From Elusimicrobiota bacterium (GTDB taxonomy: Bacteria; Elusimicrobiota; Elusimicrobia; Elusimicrobiales; UBA9959), in assembly GCA_036574205.1 (NCBI GenBank), contig JAINCQ010000012.1:1-64000 (forward strand): a stretch of 64,000 nucleotides of DNA, in the 5' to 3' direction. The translations under genes and the position numbers were made by a program. How positions within the stretch are numbered: the stretch's first letter is position 1; the number at the start of each line of letters is the position of its first letter. This document shows, in pieces, positions 37,366 to 47,680 of the stretch. The notes under the pieces were generated by a model. It worked only from the letters and a program-made list of their open reading frames with translations, had not been told where the DNA came from and searched no databases.

Positions 37366-38013
37366 TCATAATGAAGAAAAACAAATCTTTAAAAAACTTT
37401 CTTTTTCCTCAAATGAATACTTTTTACCGAAAAGAGTAAATTCTAACTTAAAACAATGGAGCATCATTCTTCCATATTTATTCTCTCTATCTTTCACCCT
37501 ACCATAAAGTTTATCTCCTACTATGGGATATCCTATATGATAAAGATGAACCCTTATTTGATGTCTCCTTCCAGTTATAGGTTTTGCTTCTATAAGGGAT
37601 AAATTGTTATCCAGATTTTTAATAAGTCTAAACTCAGTTGTAGCTGGCTTGCCATTTTGAGAAACCCCCATCCTTTGAGATCCATATTCCCTTATAGGTA
37701 AATCTACTGATAAAAATTTTTCTTTGAAATTACCATATACCACCGCTAAATATCGTTTATCTATGAGCCTTTTTTCAAACATAATAGACAACTCTCTATG
37801 TGTCTGTTTATCTTTTGCAAAAACCAAAACGCCACTTGTATCCCTGTCTATCCTATGAACAACAAAAATTTTTCCATATTCCTTATTTAGTTTTTCATAA
37901 AGGTTTTCTTCTGCTGATAAGCTTCCCCTTCCTTTAATTACTAAAACACTTTCTTTTTTTGAAACTACAATAATATTTTTATCCTCATATATTTTTTCAT
38001 AAGTATTTTCCAT
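37366..38013 (-). CDS. RluA-family pseudouridine synthase
   Basis: IYED..I.V..K, VHRIDRDTSG, K.Y.A.V.G, TGRRHQIRVHL..IG.PIVGD.LYG, LHC. Confidence 0.95.
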   Translation of the reverse strand: MENTYEKIYEDKNIIVVSKKESVLVIKGRGSLSAEENLYEKLNKEYGKIFVVHRIDRDTSGVLVFAKDKQTHRELSIMFEKRLIDKRYLAVVYGNFKEKFLSVDLPIREYGSQRMGVSQNGKPATTEFRLIKNLDNNLSLIEAKPITGRRHQIRVHLYHIGYPIVGDKLYGRVKDRENKYGRMMLHCFKLEFTLFGKKYSFEEKESFLKICFSSL

Positions 38014-38051
38014 AAGATTAAATATTATATAATATTTGAAGTGGAGGATAT

Positions 38052-39596
38052 ATGAAAATCGCTGTTTTAGTATTTTTTATTTTGACCTCTGTCAATATTC
38101 ATTCTCAAACAATTGATTCAATGTGCAGCAGGCTGCGTGATTCTATAAAAGATAAAAAAGAGATAAAACTGGCTGTAATAGATTTTTACAGCATTAATCA
38201 AAAAAACGCAGATTCAAAGATAATACAACAAAGGATAACAACATATTTTTCAGCCATAAAAGAAATAACGCTTATAGAAAGGTCCCTTCTTGACAAAGTT
38301 CTTGGAGAAATTAAACTGCAACAAAGCGGAACAATAGCCGAAAAAGATATAACAAAAATAGGCGAAATAACAGGGGCAAACTATGTTCTTACTGGAACGA
38401 TAAACGACTTAAAAGATAACAAACTTGAAATAAACTCCAGAATAGTGGAAGTAGCCACAGGGAAAATAATAACGGGAGCAAATGCAATTATAGAAAAAGA
38501 TTGGGAAAGTATATCCATATCTACAACACCGCCGTCTTATTCAGGCAAAGCTATTACACAAATAGCGATATTGCTTGACACTTCCGGTTCTATGGATGGA
38601 CTTATAGAGCAGGCAAAAAGATATTTATGGTCTATAATAAACGAGCTTTCAAAATATGAAAAAGATGGAAATGGGAATGTAGTTGAAGTAGCGCTTTATG
38701 AATATGGAAATGACAAACTACCAAGAGAGTCGGGATATATAAGAAAAGTTCTTGACTTTACAAAAGATATGGACGCTGTAGCTAAAGAATTATTTTCACT
38801 AAAAACAAATGGAGGAAATGAATACTGTGGATGGGTTATAAAGGACGCTGTAGAAAAATTAAAATGGAACAAAAAAGACGATGTCTATAAAGCAATATTT
38901 ATAGCAGGCAATGAACCATTCACTCAAGGTCCTATCAACTTTGAAGAAGCAGCAAATCTTGCTAAATCAAAAGGCATATTTGTTAATACTATATTTTGCG
39001 GACCAAGACAACAGGGAATAGCGCAAAGATGGAAAGATGCGGCAAATTTGACTGACGGAGATTATAACAGCATAGACCCCAATTACATTGCTTCTATTGA
39101 AACCCCATATGATGATAAATTGGTAGAATTAAATGACAAACTTAACCAAACATATATCCCATATGGTGGCGCTTCAGCAAGAAATAAGATGGAACAAAAA
39201 ATCCAGCTGGACAAACAAACACTTGGACAATCAAAAGCGGTTATGGCAGAAAGAGCTAATTTTGCGGCATCTGATGCAGCAAGAGCATCATACTCAAGCT
39301 GGGATTTAATAACAGCAGTTGAAAATGGAGAGTTAAAAATAAGTGAAATTAAAGAAGAAATGCTTTCAGATGAACTTAAAAAAATGACAAAACAAGAACT
39401 TCAATCTTATATACTATCAAAAATTAAGGAAAGGGAAAATCTTAGAAAAGAAATAGAAAAAAACAGGGTTGAAAGGGAGAAATACATAGAGCTCAAACAA
39501 AAAGATGGTCCAAAAGATTTAGGAAAAGCAATAATTGAAACTGTCAGGAATCAAGCGGCAAAAAAAGGATATAAAACAAAAGAAAAGAAAAATTAA
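38052..39596 (+). CDS. Exported CsgG/FlgO-like domain + vWA domain fusion
   Basis: Signal peptide; LAV.DF...LIER..L.KVL.E.KLQ.SG....IG...GA.Y...G (CsgG/FlgO); MIDAS LDTSGSM, GG.EYCG, AGNE.F.QG; coiled-coil tail. Confidence 0.8.
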   Translation: MKIAVLVFFILTSVNIHSQTIDSMCSRLRDSIKDKKEIKLAVIDFYSINQKNADSKIIQQRITTYFSAIKEITLIERSLLDKVLGEIKLQQSGTIAEKDITKIGEITGANYVLTGTINDLKDNKLEINSRIVEVATGKIITGANAIIEKDWESISISTTPPSYSGKAITQIAILLDTSGSMDGLIEQAKRYLWSIINELSKYEKDGNGNVVEVALYEYGNDKLPRESGYIRKVLDFTKDMDAVAKELFSLKTNGGNEYCGWVIKDAVEKLKWNKKDDVYKAIFIAGNEPFTQGPINFEEAANLAKSKGIFVNTIFCGPRQQGIAQRWKDAANLTDGDYNSIDPNYIASIETPYDDKLVELNDKLNQTYIPYGGASARNKMEQKIQLDKQTLGQSKAVMAERANFAASDAARASYSSWDLITAVENGELKISEIKEEMLSDELKKMTKQELQSYILSKIKERENLRKEIEKNRVEREKYIELKQKDGPKDLGKAIIETVRNQAAKKGYKTKEKKN

Positions 39597-39618
39597 ATAA
39601 AATTATTTAGCTTCAAAA

Positions 39619-41205
39619 ATGATAAAAAATAATTTTTTTTTTGCAACAAAAAATTATATATTTTTTACCTTTTCGATTATTCTTCTTTTTCTTAAAAACA
39701 ACTACGCGCAGGATATTTCTCAAAAAATATCAGGGCTCATATTTGCATCTTACGATATAGAACAGTCAACTCAGATTATTGAAGCGGTTGAAAATAATAT
39801 CGGAGGGATACAACTTCAATGGGGAAATTATTCACCTGAATTCACAAGAAAAACAACAAAAAAAATCTATGAAAAATCCCCCTACCTTCCACCTCTTATT
39901 GCCATAGACTATGAAGGAGGAAGCGTTTATCTTCATCAAACCCATGGATTATTCAATCTCCCATCAAATATGGCGATTGGAAAAGCCAGAGAAAAAGACG
40001 ATACTATAACCCTTTTCTATCTCCTTGGTCTTGAGTTGAGAAAACTAGGGATAAACACAGCTTTTTCCCCCATAGTTGATGTAAATACTGAAAAATACAA
40101 TCCTATAATAAATGTGAGATCTTTTTCTGAAAATAAAGATATTGTAACTGAAATGGGAGAAGCGGTAGTAGATGGTTTTTCCTCATCACAGATTATAACA
40201 ACACTTAAACATTTTCCAGGACATGGAATGAGTTCGTCAGATTCCCATCTAACTCTTCCCGTAACCGATATTTCTCCGATAATATTATATGAAACTCACA
40301 TTTATCCATTTAAAACTCTTATAGAAAAAGGAAAAGGTGATATTGTTATGCTCTCTCATATCGTATACAAAAGTATAGATGATAAATTTCCAGCAAGTCT
40401 TTCTGAAATAATAATAAAAAACATATTAAAACAACAATTGAATTTTAAAGGTATTATAATAACAGATAGTCTTGATATGAAAGCTATAACTAAAAAATAT
40501 TCTATAGAAGACGCTGCAGTTTTAGCTCTTAAAAACGGTTGCGATATGGTTTTAATAGGAAAATACAGTTATAAAAAAGTAAGAGATAGAATTCTTAAAG
40601 CAATAAAAAACAAAGAAATCGATATCAAAGATATAGAAAATGCTTATCAAAGAATTGTAGAATTTAAAAAGAACAAAAAGCTTGATGAGTTTCAATTGAA
40701 TAACGATAAATTTGACATGGCATACAAAGATATAGCCACAAATATTTCTTATAAATCCATAAACATATCAAAAAATGAAAATAAACTTATTCCATTAAAT
40801 CACGATTCAAAAATAAATATGATTTTCTTTGCCCCACAAAGGTTTTCACAGGAAGCAATCCTGCCATATCGTATTTTAAAATCCCAAAAATATAATATCA
40901 AATTGACTCTGGTAAATTTTGACAGCAAAATAAATATTGAAAAATTGAAAAAAGATGCAAAAAACTATAGTATTTTATTAATAGCAGACTATTCATGGCC
41001 AAAGATGACTGAAAGAAGAAAAAAAATAATAGATGAGCTATCAAAAGATTATAAGAAAAAAATATTTGTAAATCTTATCAATCCTGTAAACTCAGAATTA
41101 TTTGCGGAGGAATACGATGCCATAATAGAAACATATGGCATAAATGAATTTTCAATGAAGGCATTGGCTTTAAAACTTTTAGGTGAGAGTTTAAGTCAAA
41201 ATTGA
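39619..41205 (+). CDS. nagZ: Glycoside hydrolase family 3, beta-N-acetylhexosaminidase (NagZ-like, two-domain)
   Basis: IAIDYEGG, P..DVN....NP.I..RSF, KHFPGHG....DSH, MLSH, ITDSLDM.A. Confidence 0.88.
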   Translation: MIKNNFFFATKNYIFFTFSIILLFLKNNYAQDISQKISGLIFASYDIEQSTQIIEAVENNIGGIQLQWGNYSPEFTRKTTKKIYEKSPYLPPLIAIDYEGGSVYLHQTHGLFNLPSNMAIGKAREKDDTITLFYLLGLELRKLGINTAFSPIVDVNTEKYNPIINVRSFSENKDIVTEMGEAVVDGFSSSQIITTLKHFPGHGMSSSDSHLTLPVTDISPIILYETHIYPFKTLIEKGKGDIVMLSHIVYKSIDDKFPASLSEIIIKNILKQQLNFKGIIITDSLDMKAITKKYSIEDAAVLALKNGCDMVLIGKYSYKKVRDRILKAIKNKEIDIKDIENAYQRIVEFKKNKKLDEFQLNNDKFDMAYKDIATNISYKSINISKNENKLIPLNHDSKINMIFFAPQRFSQEAILPYRILKSQKYNIKLTLVNFDSKINIEKLKKDAKNYSILLIADYSWPKMTERRKKIIDELSKDYKKKIFVNLINPVNSELFAEEYDAIIETYGINEFSMKALALKLLGESLSQN

Positions 41206-41244
41206 TAAAATAATAAATATATTAAAGTTTTCTGGAGGTAAATT

Positions 41245-42486
41245 ATGCTAAAGTTAATAAGTTTTCTTGGAATATTTGTTTTGCTTTTTATTGCCTGGAT
41301 TTTTAGCAAAAACAAAAAAGCAATAAACTATAAAACAGTTTTTATGGGGACATTAATTCAATTAATATTTGCTTTTTTAGTTTTAAAATTTCCGCCTGGA
41401 AGAAAATTTTTTGAAATTATGAATGACATTATAATAAAAGTTATTTCTTTTTCAAATGATGGAGCAAAATTTATTTTTGGCTCTTTAATAGACAACCAGA
41501 ACTTAGGTTTTATATTTGCTTTTCAGGTTCTGCCTACGATTATATTTTTTTCATCCCTTATGTCTGTTTTGTATTATCTTGGAATAATGCAAAAAATAGT
41601 TTTACTCTTTGCAAAAATAATGGCTAAATTTATGGGAACAAGCGGAGCAGAATCTTTATCTGCAAGCGCAAATATATTTGTTGGACAAACCGAAGCGCCA
41701 CTTGTAGTAAGGCCATACGTAAGCGAAATGACACAAAGTGAACTTATGGCGGTTATGACCGGTGGTATGGCTACAATCGCAGGCGGTGTTATGGCAGTAT
41801 ATGTTGGAATATTAAAGGACTACCTTCCAAATATAGCAGGTCATTTGCTTGCCGCATCAATTATGAGCGCCCCAGCAGCTCTTGTTATGTCAAAAATAAT
41901 TATCCCTGAAACAGAAGAACCTAAAACAAAAGGAGTGGTAAAGTTAAACGTTGAGATAACCGACGCAAATATAATAGATGCGGCTGCAAATGGCGCGACC
42001 ACAGGTCTTACCCTTGCATTAAATGTAGCAGCATGTCTTATAGCATTCATGGCTCTTTTAGCTTTTGGAAATTATATAACAGGACTTATTGGCAATTTTT
42101 TTAACTACCCACAATTAACGCTTGAAAAAATTATGGGCTGGATATTCTATCCTATTGCATGGATTATGGGAACTCCATCTGATGATATAATGAAACTTGC
42201 TGAATGGATGGGACAAAAAACTATATTAAATGAATTTGTCGCATATGTTAATATGGCAACATTTCTAAAAGATAATCCAGGAGTGATATCGGAAAGAACA
42301 ATTATAATAGCATCTTATGCTTTATGTGGTTTTTCTAATTTTTTATCCATTGCAATACAAATTGGTGGTATAGGTGGTATTGCGCCAAATAGACGTCATG
42401 ACCTTGCAAAACTTGGCCTTTATGCGGTATTAGCAGGATCGCTTGCTTGCTTTATGACCGCTACAATTGCAGGAATTTTGATTTAA
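41245..42486 (+). CDS. nupC: Concentrative nucleoside transporter (NupC/CNT)
   Basis: FAFQVLPTIIFFS, ANIFVGQTEAPL, GMATIAG, NEFVAY, YALCGF.N..SIAIQIGG. Confidence 0.95.
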   Translation: MLKLISFLGIFVLLFIAWIFSKNKKAINYKTVFMGTLIQLIFAFLVLKFPPGRKFFEIMNDIIIKVISFSNDGAKFIFGSLIDNQNLGFIFAFQVLPTIIFFSSLMSVLYYLGIMQKIVLLFAKIMAKFMGTSGAESLSASANIFVGQTEAPLVVRPYVSEMTQSELMAVMTGGMATIAGGVMAVYVGILKDYLPNIAGHLLAASIMSAPAALVMSKIIIPETEEPKTKGVVKLNVEITDANIIDAAANGATTGLTLALNVAACLIAFMALLAFGNYITGLIGNFFNYPQLTLEKIMGWIFYPIAWIMGTPSDDIMKLAEWMGQKTILNEFVAYVNMATFLKDNPGVISERTIIIASYALCGFSNFLSIAIQIGGIGGIAPNRRHDLAKLGLYAVLAGSLACFMTATIAGILI

Positions 42487-43385
42487 TTAAATTCTCCAAC
42501 AATTATTTGTTCAAGTTCAAGTTTAATTCCTGTTTTTTTATAAACCTCTTCTCTCACCTTCATAATTAAACTATATATATCTGTTGAAGTTGCATTATCA
42601 TAGTTTATTATAAATCCAGCATGTTTTGTTGAAACCATGGCCCCGCCAATTCTAAATCCTTTAAGGCCACAGTCATCTATAAGTTTTGAGGCATAATTAC
42701 CCTCCGGTCTTTTAAAAACACTCCCAGCTGATGGGTATTCAAGAGGTTGTTTTTCTTTTCTCCTTTTTATAACATCATTCCTGATTTCAAAAAGGTTTTC
42801 TTTATTCCCATATTCAAACTCAAATCCTGCTTCTATAATAAAATAATTTTCAAAATTATCAACCCTTCTATAACCATATTTTATTTCTTTTTTCTCTATC
42901 CTCTTAACAGCACCTTTTTGAATATCTAAAACAAGAACATTTATCAACCTGTCAAAAGTCTCCTCTCCAAAAGCCCCGGCATTCATTCTAACAGCTCCAC
43001 CGACTGTCCCGGGGATATAAGATGTTTTTTCAAGACCTTTTAAAGAATTTAAAACACTAAATTCAATAAATCTATCCCAGTCATAGCCGCAACTAACAAA
43101 GATTTTATTTTTATTTTTAAAAATATTTTTAAACTTATCCGTTTTTATAAAAACACCTTTAAATCCCTCATCGCTTAAAAGTATATTTGAACAATTTCCG
43201 CAGATAAAATAATTAATGTTCTCTTTTTTTATAAATTCAAAAAGCCAGACTAAATCTTCTACATTCCTTGGATAAACCACTACCTCTATTTTACCACCAG
43301 TTTTATAACTTGTTATTTCCTTTGCGTTAAGATTCAAAACAGCATCATCTTTAAACTTTTCTTTTATTATACTATAAACATTCAT
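42483..43385 (-). CDS. murB: UDP-N-acetylmuramate dehydrogenase
   Basis: TSYKTGG, G..SNIL..D.G, GLE....IPGTVGGAV.MNAGAFG, QPL.YPSAGSVFKRP, KHAGFIIN, LE.E. Confidence 0.96.
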   Translation of the reverse strand: MNVYSIIKEKFKDDAVLNLNAKEITSYKTGGKIEVVVYPRNVEDLVWLFEFIKKENINYFICGNCSNILLSDEGFKGVFIKTDKFKNIFKNKNKIFVSCGYDWDRFIEFSVLNSLKGLEKTSYIPGTVGGAVRMNAGAFGEETFDRLINVLVLDIQKGAVKRIEKKEIKYGYRRVDNFENYFIIEAGFEFEYGNKENLFEIRNDVIKRRKEKQPLEYPSAGSVFKRPEGNYASKLIDDCGLKGFRIGGAMVSTKHAGFIINYDNATSTDIYSLIMKVREEVYKKTGIKLELEQIIVGEFN

Positions 43386-44271
43386 AAGAAATTTTTTTAT
43401 TATTTTCTCTTTTTAAAACGAAAAACACACCAATAAGTATTAACACCCCCCCGAGAAAAGTAAGCGGAAGAATTTTTTCATCTAAAACAAAATAAGCACT
43501 TATTATTGTTGCAAAAGGCTCATCATATATAAAGTAAGATGATTTAACAGGACCAAGTCCCTCAACAGCATTATTCCAGAACATATATCCAATAAAAGAA
43601 GACAAAAAACTTAAATATAACAAAGATATCCATCCAAGTTTATCAAGATTTTTTACTTCAGAAATTAAATTATATTTAAACTCAAATGGTATAATAGTTA
43701 AAAAGGCAATAAACATTGTTAAGGCTGTAACCTCTTTTTGAGAATATTCCTTAAACCACCTTTTAGTAAGAACAACATATCCCGCCCAGGTAAAAGCGCT
43801 TGTAAGAAAAATTAAATCACCTTGTGTAGAAGGCATTGATAAATCAAGCTTTCCAATAGAATACATAACTATCAAACAACCACTAAATCCAAAAAGAAAC
43901 CCAATAAATTTATTAAAATCTATCTTTGAACCCAAAAATAACTCAATAAAAACAACAACTATTGGCGTTAAAGCTATTATAAAACCAGCATTTGTAGAAG
44001 TTGTATATTTTAAAGCGTAGCACTGTGAAAACTGCTGAACAGAAACACCTAAAATAGACATTACTAAAAGCTTCAGCAATATACTAATCTTTAAAAATTT
44101 TTTAAAATCAGGTTTTATGAAAATCAAAAGCAAAAAACTACCAATTATACTTCGTATAAAAACAAGAGAAAGTGGTGAAATAATAGAAACAACATGTTTT
44201 GTAAAAGGATACGCCGCACCCCATATTAATGTAGCTGTTAAAATTTGAAAATATAAACTTTTTTTGTTCAT
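43372..44271 (-). CDS. DMT/EamA family transporter
   Basis: About 10 TM segments in two EamA repeats (IWG..YP..K, R; GD.......WA.Y.V..K). Start is either ATG 44271 or ATG 44304. Confidence 0.9.
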   Translation of the reverse strand: MNKKSLYFQILTATLIWGAAYPFTKHVVSIISPLSLVFIRSIIGSFLLLIFIKPDFKKFLKISILLKLLVMSILGVSVQQFSQCYALKYTTSTNAGFIIALTPIVVVFIELFLGSKIDFNKFIGFLFGFSGCLIVMYSIGKLDLSMPSTQGDLIFLTSAFTWAGYVVLTKRWFKEYSQKEVTALTMFIAFLTIIPFEFKYNLISEVKNLDKLGWISLLYLSFLSSFIGYMFWNNAVEGLGPVKSSYFIYDEPFATIISAYFVLDEKILPLTFLGGVLILIGVFFVLKRENNKKISYECL

Positions 44272-44342
44272 TATTATATAAAAATCGATTCCATCAGGCA
44301 GCATGACTGCTCTGATTAATAAAAGGATCGCTATAATAAAAT

Positions 44343-45545
44343 TTATTTAGAAAGCACCTTAGCTATTCTTTTAACTGCCCAATCTATCTCTTTTTTAGTA
44401 ATTATAAGCGGTGGGGCAAATCTTATAACCATATCATGAGTTTCTTTCGCAAGAATCCCTAACTTCATAAGCTGTTCACAATAAGGTCTTGCTTTAGTAT
44501 CTAACTCGACACCAACAAAAAGTCCCTTTCCTCTTATTTCTTTTATATGAGGACCATTTATTGCTTTTAATTTAGAAATAAAATATTCTCCCATTTCAAG
44601 AGATTTTTCAACCAGTTTCTCCTCTTCTAAAACCTTTAAAGCCTCTCTTGCAACGGCGCATGCTAAAGGATTTCCGCCAAAAGTTGAACCATGATCCCCC
44701 GGTTTAAAAACTCCAAGCACATCTTTTGAAGAAACGACAGCGGATACCGGCAACACACCTCCACCAAGAGCCTTTCCAAGACACATCATATCAGGTTTAA
44801 CTCCTTCCCACTCGCAACAAAATTTCTTACCGGTTCTTCCAAATCCAGTTTGAATTTCATCAGCTATAAAAAGAACATTATTTTTTTTGCATAAATCATA
44901 AGCTTTTTTCAAATATCCTTCAGGTGGAATTCTTATTCCGGATTCTCCCTGAATAGGCTCAACTAAAAAAGCAACAGTATTAGGATTTATAGCTTTTTCC
45001 AGTTCTTCTATATCTCCATATCTAACAATCTTAAATCCAGGAGTGAAGGGGCCAAAACCATCTCTATATTGAGGTTCGGTTGAGAAAGAGACTATTGTTA
45101 CGGTTCTTCCATGAAAGTTATCTGTGCAAGCAATAATTTCAGCTTTATCTTCCGCTACCCCTTTTACCTTATATCCCCATTTTCTCGCTGCTTTTATAGC
45201 TGTTTCTACAGCTTCTGCTCCTGTATTCATTGGTAATGCCATTTCATAACCTGTAAACTCACATAATTCTTTTAAAAAAAGACCTAACTGATCATTATTA
45301 AATGCCCTTGAAGTTAATGTTAATTTTTTTGCCTGTTTTATTAACGCTCTTATTATTTTTTGATGTCTATGTCCATGATTTAAAGCAGAGTAGGCACTTA
45401 ACATATCCATATACCTATTTCCATCAACATCTTTAACCCATACTCCTTTTGCTTTACTTATAACAACAGGTAGGGGATGATAATTATGGGCCCCGTATGT
45501 TTCGGCAAGATTTATTAAGTTTTCTGATTTTCCAGTAATGTTCAT
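44343..45545 (-). CDS. rocD: Ornithine--oxo-acid aminotransferase
   Basis: [79 protein letters not shown]. Confidence 0.96.
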   Translation of the reverse strand: MNITGKSENLINLAETYGAHNYHPLPVVISKAKGVWVKDVDGNRYMDMLSAYSALNHGHRHQKIIRALIKQAKKLTLTSRAFNNDQLGLFLKELCEFTGYEMALPMNTGAEAVETAIKAARKWGYKVKGVAEDKAEIIACTDNFHGRTVTIVSFSTEPQYRDGFGPFTPGFKIVRYGDIEELEKAINPNTVAFLVEPIQGESGIRIPPEGYLKKAYDLCKKNNVLFIADEIQTGFGRTGKKFCCEWEGVKPDMMCLGKALGGGVLPVSAVVSSKDVLGVFKPGDHGSTFGGNPLACAVAREALKVLEEEKLVEKSLEMGEYFISKLKAINGPHIKEIRGKGLFVGVELDTKARPYCEQLMKLGILAKETHDMVIRFAPPLIITKKEIDWAVKRIAKVLSK

Positions 45546-45590
45546 CTATCCTCCTTAATAAATTTAATTACTATCAGTTATTAATCAAAA

Positions 45591-46313
45591 TTAAAATCTA
45601 ACGCCAAGTCCAAAATTATAACCACTTTCTCCATGCAATCTGCTATAGGCGCCATATAAATAAATAAGCGGAATAGGGCAAAATTTAACACCAAAAGTAT
45701 ATCTTGTTTTAGAGACAGTTTCCGACTCTCCATCAAAATTATCTATATCTTTAACCTCTAATTTAGTTCTATCAAGCCCTGCCCCAACAAAAGGCTTTAC
45801 TATAGGTAAATCCCATGAGCCAACTAAGTCAAAAGAAATATGACTTCCTTCAAAATAATCAAAAGTTATATTATCATAGAAAGCCATTACAGAAAGATCC
45901 GGCATAAATTTTGTAAACATTCCAGATTTAAATATTTTATACCTCAATCCACCACCTATTATGTTAAGCCCCGAATAACTAAACCCTCTCAAAGTAGCAT
46001 CCATTCCAGTTAATGGAACACCTACAGAGGCATGAACAAGCGGCATACCAAAACTTTTAACATCTGATTTTTTAAGTATTCTGTTATCTGATGATGGCTC
46101 TTTTTGAATTGCAAAATCAAAGCCAACATCAAAACCGGGAAAACCCAGATTTCTTGCAGTATTAAAATCATTAGCGCCTAAAACTCCTCCAAAATCTTTT
46201 ACAAATGGTTCTAAATAATCCTTTAAAAAATTATCTCTAAAATCATCATAGAAAGGTGCAGAATAACCCTTACCGATGAGTAGAAATATAGTTAATAAAA
46301 ATATTTTAATCAT
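45591..46313 (-). CDS. Putative outer-membrane beta-barrel protein
   Basis: Signal peptide, alternating amphipathic strands, C-terminal YNFGLGVRF with terminal Phe. Confidence 0.7.
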   Translation of the reverse strand: MIKIFLLTIFLLIGKGYSAPFYDDFRDNFLKDYLEPFVKDFGGVLGANDFNTARNLGFPGFDVGFDFAIQKEPSSDNRILKKSDVKSFGMPLVHASVGVPLTGMDATLRGFSYSGLNIIGGGLRYKIFKSGMFTKFMPDLSVMAFYDNITFDYFEGSHISFDLVGSWDLPIVKPFVGAGLDRTKLEVKDIDNFDGESETVSKTRYTFGVKFCPIPLIYLYGAYSRLHGESGYNFGLGVRF

Positions 46314-46369
46314 ATATACCTCCTAAAATCTATTATACATTATTTTGTATAATAAGATTATAAAATAAA

Positions 46370-47680
46370 ATGGAAATGAAAACAGCACTAATAATTCCAA
46401 CATATAATGAAAAAGATAATATAGAAAAACTTATAAATGAAATAATAAAGGTTAATTCAGAATTACAAATAGTAGTTGTTGACGATAACTCGCCTGACGG
46501 CACTTCAAATATAGTTTTAGATATTTCAGCTAAAAACAAAAACATTCATCTCATCAAAAGAGAAAAAAAATTAGGTCTTGGGACTGCTCATATAGCAGGT
46601 TTTCTATATGCTGAAAAAGACTTAAAAACAGATTATGTAATTACAATGGACTCGGATTTTTCTCACAATCCTTCAATCATTCCGGAAATAATAAGAACGT
46701 TAAAAGAAAATGATGTTGTTGTGGGTTCAAGATATACAGAAGGCGGAGAAGTTATTGACTCCCCTTTTGTAAGAAGACTAATTTCCAAAACAGCAAATTT
46801 TCTTACAACATATCTTTTAGGATTAAAAGTAAAAGATGCCACAAGTGGATTCAGGGGATACAAGATAGAGGCTTTAAAGAAAATAGATTATAACAACATT
46901 TTTTCAGACGGATATTCATTTTTGGTTGAACTTGTATATAGACTATCTATTTTAAACGATGTTAAAATTAAAGAAATACCGATAAGATTTGTTGACAGGA
47001 AGGCTGGAAAATCAAAAATATCGAAAAAAGAAATATTTAAAGCAATAAAAACTATATTTACTTTGTTTTTTATAAAAATATTTTCTAAAGACAATGCTAT
47101 TGAACTTTTAGATAAAAAATTTACAAATCTAAGTATTATTAATTATATAAGGCTGAGATTCCATATTTCAAGATACAAAAAAGTAGCATCAATGCTAAAA
47201 AAAGGAAATATATTGGATCTTGGGTGCGGAAGACCAGCAGAATTTATGAAGGATCAATCTTTTTTAATATTTTTAAAAAATGAAAATGCAGTTGGGCTTG
47301 ACCTAAAAAACATAGAAAAACCTAAATATAACTTTATACAAACAGAAATTCCACCAATACCTTTTGAAAATGAAAAATTTGACAATATTGTAATGATGGA
47401 ACTCATAGAACATATAGAAGACATAAACTCAACTTTGTTAGAAGCAAAACGAATTATTAAAGAAGATGGGGTTCTTATTATTGCTACCCCTGATAATAAT
47501 TATATATGGGATTTTATTTGGGATAAATGGTCCAGAACATTTGGAAAAATCTGGAAGCATCAACATATATCAAATTTTAATAAAAGCGAATGGGAAAAAA
47601 TAATATTGAAACATTTCAGAATAAATAAAATCCAAAGAAACTGGTTTTTTGATTTAATATTTCAATGTTCAAAAAAATAA
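46370..47680 (+). CDS. Polyprenol-phosphate hexose synthase (DPM1-like GT2) fused to a class I SAM methyltransferase
   Basis: IIPTYNE..NI, VDDNSPDGT, MDSDFSH.P, GSRY, DATSGFR, EIPI.F.DR..GKSK; C-terminal ILDLGCG...FD......IEH...I.K.DG.L...TP. Confidence 0.88.
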   Translation: MEMKTALIIPTYNEKDNIEKLINEIIKVNSELQIVVVDDNSPDGTSNIVLDISAKNKNIHLIKREKKLGLGTAHIAGFLYAEKDLKTDYVITMDSDFSHNPSIIPEIIRTLKENDVVVGSRYTEGGEVIDSPFVRRLISKTANFLTTYLLGLKVKDATSGFRGYKIEALKKIDYNNIFSDGYSFLVELVYRLSILNDVKIKEIPIRFVDRKAGKSKISKKEIFKAIKTIFTLFFIKIFSKDNAIELLDKKFTNLSIINYIRLRFHISRYKKVASMLKKGNILDLGCGRPAEFMKDQSFLIFLKNENAVGLDLKNIEKPKYNFIQTEIPPIPFENEKFDNIVMMELIEHIEDINSTLLEAKRIIKEDGVLIIATPDNNYIWDFIWDKWSRTFGKIWKHQHISNFNKSEWEKIILKHFRINKIQRNWFFDLIFQCSKK

